A DNA stretch of 45,915 nucleotides, the filler included, from Catajapyx aquilonaris (taxonomy: Eukaryota), in assembly GCA_000934665.2 (NCBI GenBank). It is 2 parts of 2 records of this genome, joined end to end, with 100 filler letters (N's around TTAATTAATTAA, not from the genome) between each part and the next. Parts side by side here need not be neighbours in the genome. Positions count along the whole stretch, not along the records: positions 23,021 to 45,915 come from KZ539420.1; 1 more part is not named here. The stretch is one strand, 5' to 3'. A model generated the notes under the pieces. The model was not told the origin of the DNA. It searched no databases and worked only from the letters and a program-made list of their open reading frames with translations. Of this stretch, positions 39,151 to 45,915 are shown one piece after another; the stretch's first letter is position 1; every line of letters starts with the position of its first letter. The position numbers and the translations under genes were made by a program.

Positions 39151-42100
39151 CTGCAAGACTGGTTCGCCCAACAAGCCTTGCAATAGTGTTCTACACCATT
39201 GGTGGCGAGTAAGGCGCCGAGGAAACACTAGAAAAAGTTTTTTTTTTTAAGTGGGGGGGAAACTCTCCCCAGCCTTCGCTATAGTTAATATTTAAACGAG
39301 GATGACCACGAGGGAAGGTTACCAGCCGCGTCTTAAATAATCACGAAGAGACTTATGTTCGGGGAGGATAACCAAGCTGTAGAAGAATTCCAGGAGAAAC
39401 CGAGAACCTGAGGATTCGAGGCAGTCACCTATGAGCCGTTGCTGGGGGGTAAACAATCAATTTCCTTCATACCCCGCATGACTTTTTACAGTAATTTGAA
39501 GTCGCCAAGAACCACCCGCCAACAGAAGTGTCCTCTTCGTAACTTGTGCAAGTAGCAAAAAAAAATAGCTTACGGAACTGGAAATTGATCAGGAACTAAC
39601 TGAATTGTCTTCGTGACATTGAGCGAACGCTAAATGACTCCCCAATGTCCAATTCGGAACCGCAAGCAAAATGGGATTTCGTGACAAGTCCGAACCTATA
39701 CACCTATCCAATAAGTGGTTAGGAGATGGCAAAAAAATCCGCCAATTCTGTGCTCATTCGCAGAAAAAAATATATATACTGTAGTCACTATCGGTAGGAA
39801 AGAAGAAAAAAAAAAAAAGCTGAGGTGCCAATGGGTGCAAACAGCCTTGAGGACCATTTAACAATCCCCCCGATTGAAATGCAAATATTGACCTCCCGTT
39901 AAAGTCAATAGTGACAGTTACGGAATCGCTCGCTGTATCCTATCGCCATACAAATTTCAGGCACGTGACACACTCTCTCTCCAGGAGTTTGGAAGTTAGA
40001 AAGTCTAATAATAGTCTACTTGGAGCGTCTGCTATGTCCTCAAGCTCCAGACAAATCAATGGTTTCCTTCCTTCCACACCCATCCATTTTTTTTACCCCC
40101 CCTCTTCATCATCTTTTTTCCCCCCTCTCAAAAAGTCTGGCTCTATCTGCTTTTTTTCCACAGGGATATGTCGTGTTCCTTCGGCGAACTACTCTGCAGA
40201 TAACTCATAAGCTCCGTTTTGATTGGCCCGTCCCTTGTCAATACCGGTCGATCCCCGCTGGCTCCCGAGAATTAGGATGAGAAATTCTGATTATTCCCCA
40301 TTTGTCTTCGGCAGACAATATCAGGTTCCCCGACCAATATTTGCCGCTCCAAGGCCTAACAAAACTACTCTTAGAAATAATTAACAGAGGATGAGGAGGG
40401 TCTTGGGAGGCAGATGCGAACCAACTTGACGGGGGAGCTACACTTTGCTGGTAATATTGGCAGTCGCTTCACATTGGCTTCAAGCTGCTACTTTAAAGGA
40501 AATTGGTGATTATTTTGTATGGGGGAGAAGTGTGTCGCATAATTAAATAAGGGCATGTAACCTTTCCGTATGTGACAGAGCTATCAATAACTGCTGCAAA
40601 GTACATGTGAGAAAATAACTTAAGGGGGAAAATAACTTCAGGATCAGCCACAAAAAAAAGCGACAGATGTCTCTCAGTCCGCCCATCGTGGTTGTGGGCG
40701 CCATCTATGGCCCAAAACGACAGCTGGCCCCTTCCAAAATGGTCCGGCGATTTTCTCCTCGGCCACAACTCCATCACGTCTTCCAAGAGATATTCTCAGT
40801 ATCCGTTTGAAGTGGCGGTAAATTCGCCGGAAAACTCTGGCTATGAATACTAACAAGATAGTGGGGGGGGGNGGGGGGTGCCCAGCGGAGGAAGGAAGGA
40901 TAACAAAACACACACTGGCAAAGAGGAAGAGGGGGTGCAGGCTGGGGGTTGAGTTAAATCTTGGCTGGATTCCCAATGGCCATGGGAGAGAAGCGGGTGG
41001 TCGCAAAGTGTCCCTATGATGACTTCACATCGTCCCACGTATTGCATTGTGCAACGGAGGCCAAAAAGGTTCTACTTGCCGATGCAAAAATCCGTCGGCC
41101 GTGTTCTGTAATAGCCGGTATTGAATGCGGCCGACGGGAGTCATTGACTTCGGACAGTGCCATCAGCAAGGTTGAATTTTGCAAGATTTTTTCGCACGTG
41201 GACTCGGGGGGGCTCAGTCGCCAGCTTCCTAATAAGACCGGTTATTTCTGCGGGAACAATAAATATTTTCGTATCAGTGTCAATGTCGTAACAGGCGCTG
41301 CAATTTAATATCAAACGGCCTTCAATGTTGTTTTTCCTTGTCTGTTACACAGAATGGGGGAAAATAACAATGCAGGTGCTAATGAGTAAATTTCGCCATT
41401 AAATCACTACATTAAAAAATTTTATTAGATGGATGTACTGTACAGGCTGTATAACAGGCTTCCAACCACATAAAGTGACCCTATAAGCTGTATGTGAACT
41501 GGATCAATCTCAATTTTTGAGAGTGCCGTAATATCCACGTGCACTAATTGCGCTATTCCCCCCCCCCCCACCCCTTCCCCCCCCCCACNCCGCCGGACAG
41601 AGCCATGCAATCCAGTGTCATTAATAAAAGTTTTCAAAATCCATCAGAGCCCATGAGCAGAGCCAAAATCCGGCTTCACCGATGGGAAAATTTTGTGACT
41701 ACTTTTCCAGAGTGGAGAGAGGCCCACCCCCCACCGAAAACTACCATCATAATTAATATGCGCATATGCAAACTTTTAATTACAGGAGGAGGGCTTATCA
41801 CGCGTCCATAACAAACATTCGCGTCAATTTCACAAACGGAATTGTGCTGTACAATTCGGCCAATTTGGAGGGCCGACCCAGGCTCAAAATCACCGTTTGA
41901 AAAGGCAACAATGGCCCCTGTGCTGGCAGCGGATTTTTTAATTGAAAGGTTTTGGCCCGGGCTGTCGCAACCCGCGAATAAATCATGCGGGCAAAACGGT
42001 CGAATTCTTCCCCGGTGATCAATGGTGAGGGAAAAACCTGTACTCAGTCGAGGTCACGAGAACTTCCTCCAGCTGCCAGCATGACCATAACTTTCCTTTA

Positions 42101-43789
42101 CAACACATAATAAAGCCCATAAAGTTTTCAAACCCAGAGAAGCCTCCCCCACCCCCCAGTGGGCTACACCTCCAAAAAGCCAAACCAAAATATAACACAT
42201 ACCCACAAAAACTAATTCCAGGTGGGTTTTCATAATAATGAAGTAATTAGCGGTTCATATAGTTCCAGGTTCACTAAACATATTTAATAGAAAGCTCTAT
42301 GATGCTTTATCATCCTGTTAATAAGCTAGACCAAATAAAAATTGAGCCCATTGGCCCATTACAGGTTGGGATGCCATGGGTTATAATTCAATCACTTGCA
42401 TCATTGCAGGTGTCTCTATGCAGGTATGCTATTATTGGAATTTGGAGATTTACAGAGTTGTTGCCATGTAAAAAGAGTTCTCTATTGAGTGTATGTATAC
42501 ACTGGCAGGTGAGGCGCAAAATGTCAATGTTTACCTGAACACCACAAAGTAAATGAGGGCAACAACTGATGTAACTTGTTGCCATATTTTCCTTATTTTT
42601 GTTCGGTTGGAGCAATAGGGCCAATAAAAGTAATATTTTGATATGTAAGTACCATTACTACAGTTATGGCCACCTATAAAAGTGTAACAGCATCCTTGTT
42701 ACGTAGCATGGTATAATGCAGAATATTGCACTCAGCACTGTTCCTCAAACTACAATATTTATTTACAGCTCCACAATGCTTCAAAATTACATGACTACAC
42801 TTTCAACCACTGTGCATATAATGTCACGAATATAATTAGTATCAATAATGTATTCCCACCTTTACTTGCACATTCACTGATCATTATTTTCAGAACATGC
42901 ACTGGTAATTCTTCCAGCTCTTATAAGGTACAAATCTAAAGTTTATTATGGACACTGTAGCAACAAGAAATTCAAGTGTACTTTTCCACACACTGGCAAT
43001 GACTCTGATTAAAACATGACCTTGCTCCCTCACACCTAGGTAGGTTAGATAATTATACAGACAACTAACTATATTTAGCTTTGCTCCTCACCACAACATA
43101 ATGTTATAATATGTGGCAGTTACATTCTTAAAATAGTCTTAATGCACTGGTAAAAGCTACCAAGAGACAAACATTAACTGCAGCACATGCCAGGTACGAG
43201 TATGTAGATAATTATTTCAACAGTATCGCTGTACTAGAAGGCTTGCTACTGTTGTGGAAAGGAGAGTATACTTCATTGTGAATGTCACGTTTCCAGCTGT
43301 AATTACTCAAGACACAAAGTATTGTTAGAGTGCCGATTCCCAAATGGTTTGCATCAGGCCATGCCATAGAATCACACGATAGCATCACGCATTCACAAAG
43401 GCTCACTAATGTGTCAATCACATAGTAATAAGTAATAATGGGCAGCAGTAATACTACGGGAGTAATAATACCCAGGCGACTTCATTGCGCAAATAATTCA
43501 CGGATCAGTGATGGTTCTGATATTCTGACAAAACACCATGAATGACTCGCATGGGAGTTCACCTGCTATTTACCATATTATCTCTAAAACCTTCAACAGT
43601 TGCCACACTGTTTGACCTCTCAAGGGTACGTGAAATTCTCAGAAACAGCTACTTGTTTTCATCAAGAATTTTTGTACATAATTATGTGCCACCCGTTCAA
43701 AGGTTCGTAAAAACATGCCCTACCCTGACAATCATTTTTACTTATTTATTTATTTAAGTTGTCCCATTGTAGGGCCTTGACAATTCATT

Positions 43790-45290
43790 ATTTCCACTTG
43801 CACCAACAGTTCCGTTAGCGAATGACTACAAGGTGCAGTAGTGGGCATCACCGAGGTCCCGCCTTCAATCCTCGGTTCACATGGCACGGCTTTCAATCGG
43901 CTCTCGCTGTGCTTGTACCGGTCCGCCGTTTCCCTGCTGGTCGGCACCCCTACTTAGGTACAAGCTGGGGCATTAAGTTAGTACAAAAATCCATCAGCAT
44001 AGTAAAGGGGAAACCGCATAAGCGATGACAGCATGTACGAGCTGGCACTGTCACCATGCGGCCAACGACATGTGGTAGCTTGGGGCACACCGCTTGAACC
44101 AACGTCGGTGTGCTTACCAATTACTATGACAATTGCGATGAGAATTTGACTTACCCGTTCATGGTCCCTCAGAAGTCCACTAATTGTCCACACCTCCCCC
44201 CTCCCTCCTCCTCCTCCTTCCCCCCCACCCCTCCTCCTTCCCCCACCGCCCCCGCCGTCACCAAAAAAAAAAAAACTGATTGTTTTTCAAACAAAAAGGC
44301 CGGGTCCAGTCCTCGTGACGCGGAGGAGGGTGCGCTCCCCTGTCATACGTAGTGCTTTTGAGGAGGGGAGGGTTGGTTTTTCGGTCAACCTTCAACACTC
44401 CCCGTGTACAGTTCGGTGTGTTCGGTACCACCAAAGTCCTGGGACACACCCCGATGAGTGGGACACCTCCGGATTAAAAAATAATTTAAAAAAAGGGATT
44501 TTTGTCCCCCCCAAAACACGCTGTCACTCGGCACCAAAACAACAAGTGGTCTGGACACAGTCCAATATGGCGGACGCACCCCTCCGCCTCTTCCCCTCCT
44601 CCCCTCCTCTTTCGTGTGCCCCCCTCTCCACCACCCACCCCACATTTCCCTCCCCAGTGTTGCCAGAAGACGACACCATCTCCCCACCATTAATTAACAC
44701 TCATTTATATTAATTAAGAAATTCAAGTTGAATTTAGCGCCGTTTTAATGCCCGACGATTGTTATATTCGGTGCCGATATTTTGATGATGGGTGATTGCG
44801 GTAGCGATGTGGCGATAGTTGCATGGAACAGAAGGAGAAGAAGAATAAAAGGCGGATTTTTTTTGCAGGTAATTGTTTTTGTACTTATTCTATGCAATTG
44901 TCGCTAATAGCTTGTCGATTTACAGGCGTTGGAGTTGGAGAATTGATGGTATGACAGGATCTTGTATAACGGGCAACGACAGGAGAGGACGGACGCAACG
45001 ATGCCGGACCGACAACCTCCATCCTTCATAATCAAAACTAAAACCAACAACCTCTCTTCCAAGTTCCAACCTAGGCAAGCCTCTATGTTCATAAGATGTT
45101 CCACCGTAGCCGGTTTCGCTGCAGACAACAACTCTGCGGAAATGAACGTAGGCTGTGTATGGGTGCACAAATTTTCATGGATCAAATATTTCATTGCGAC
45201 AATTATTCCTTCTGAGCTTTCGTTCACCACGGCCTGAAAAGTGGCAGGAGCTCTAGGTTGTTTGGTACCCTTAACACCACAGGTTAATAT
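43790..45290 (-). mobile_element. Highly degenerate Ty3/gypsy-like LTR retrotransposon pol relic (RT, then integrase)
   Basis: Minus-strand fragments across frames. RT-like: APATFQAVVNE (~45251), HPYTAYV..VVVCSET (eroded YxDD region), EHLMNIEACL..LEER. Integrase-like: THRGVS (zinc-finger region), DF.GP...IVIVIGKHT/RW.QAV.P, GFPFTMLMDFCTNLMPQL (cf. G.P..ILTDQGTNF.S.L), AVPCEPRIEG (cf. PYHPQTDG). The RT-before-IN order fits gypsy. Boundaries are approximate. Confidence 0.55.
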
Positions 45291-45915
45291 ATATATATAC
45301 ATTTATTTACAGGATATGTCTGGATTCAACTATCCAACTGAAGTTCATGATTTGGCCTCATCTCGGCTGAACGTCAAGAGAGCATAAGGGGCCAACTCTT
45401 TTGAGAGTTCAACAATAATAAGGAGGACACAACTATCCGTTACAATGTTGAGTGATGCGCTAGTTACAATTCATTGGTGGATTCAAAGCACAGTAAGTAC
45501 AGGTGTGTACTATTGACCGCAAAAGTAATGTCGCGACTGTTTATGTGCTTTTGTGTTTATGTGTTGGTAATCCTGGGCGCTGCCATGTTACGGACATGTT
45601 TATTTGGCGATGTTCCGGAATCCACAACACTCTGCTCACCGGTCACGGCCGCGGTCCCTTGGCCGCACAGTCCCGCAAGTGGCCGGACGGTCTGGGTTGC
45701 TGTTTGAGAGCGCCGCTATTTATTCGTGCAACTTATTTCTACGAGTATAGTTTGGGTAATTCCATGTGAGATCATACAACTATGTTCACCCGACATTTTT
45801 AAAAATAGAAAATCAAAATGGCACTCAGGATCGTATTTTGTCAAGGTCACAGGAACATAGTTTTCAAACCAGATAACCGCTATAGGTCACGAGAAATGAG
45901 CGAGGTAAAAAATGG

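Noticed and set aside
42299..43757. Several 70-80 aa ORFs and isolated splice-like sites
   Set aside because: No recognisable protein motifs or consistent exon chain.

Overview
Eukaryotic (animal, most likely arthropod) genomic window that is mostly non-coding. It has one clear intact gene: a class A neuropeptide GPCR of the CCHamide/bombesin receptor group (12424-13596, +). Its CDS lies in a single exon behind a 5'-UTR splice acceptor. At about 20.4-23.0 kb there is a rearranged hotspot. It contains short tandem repeats, a 558-bp TA-flanked foldback MITE, an orphan duplicate of a first exon, and a three-exon MOXD1/DBH-like (DOMON-domain copper monooxygenase) gene fragment with two frameshifts. 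A small hairpin element and an artificial scaffold gap with a six-frame-stop linker follow. Much of the remainder looks like heavily decayed retroelements (many LINE ORF2 relics, one Ty3/gypsy pol relic) rich in homopolymer runs. These relics were recognised by eye from degenerate motifs and are low-to-moderate confidence. Nearly all other ORFs in the supplied track look spurious. I found no tRNA, rRNA, CRISPR or prokaryotic features, and no convincing novel multi-gene system.
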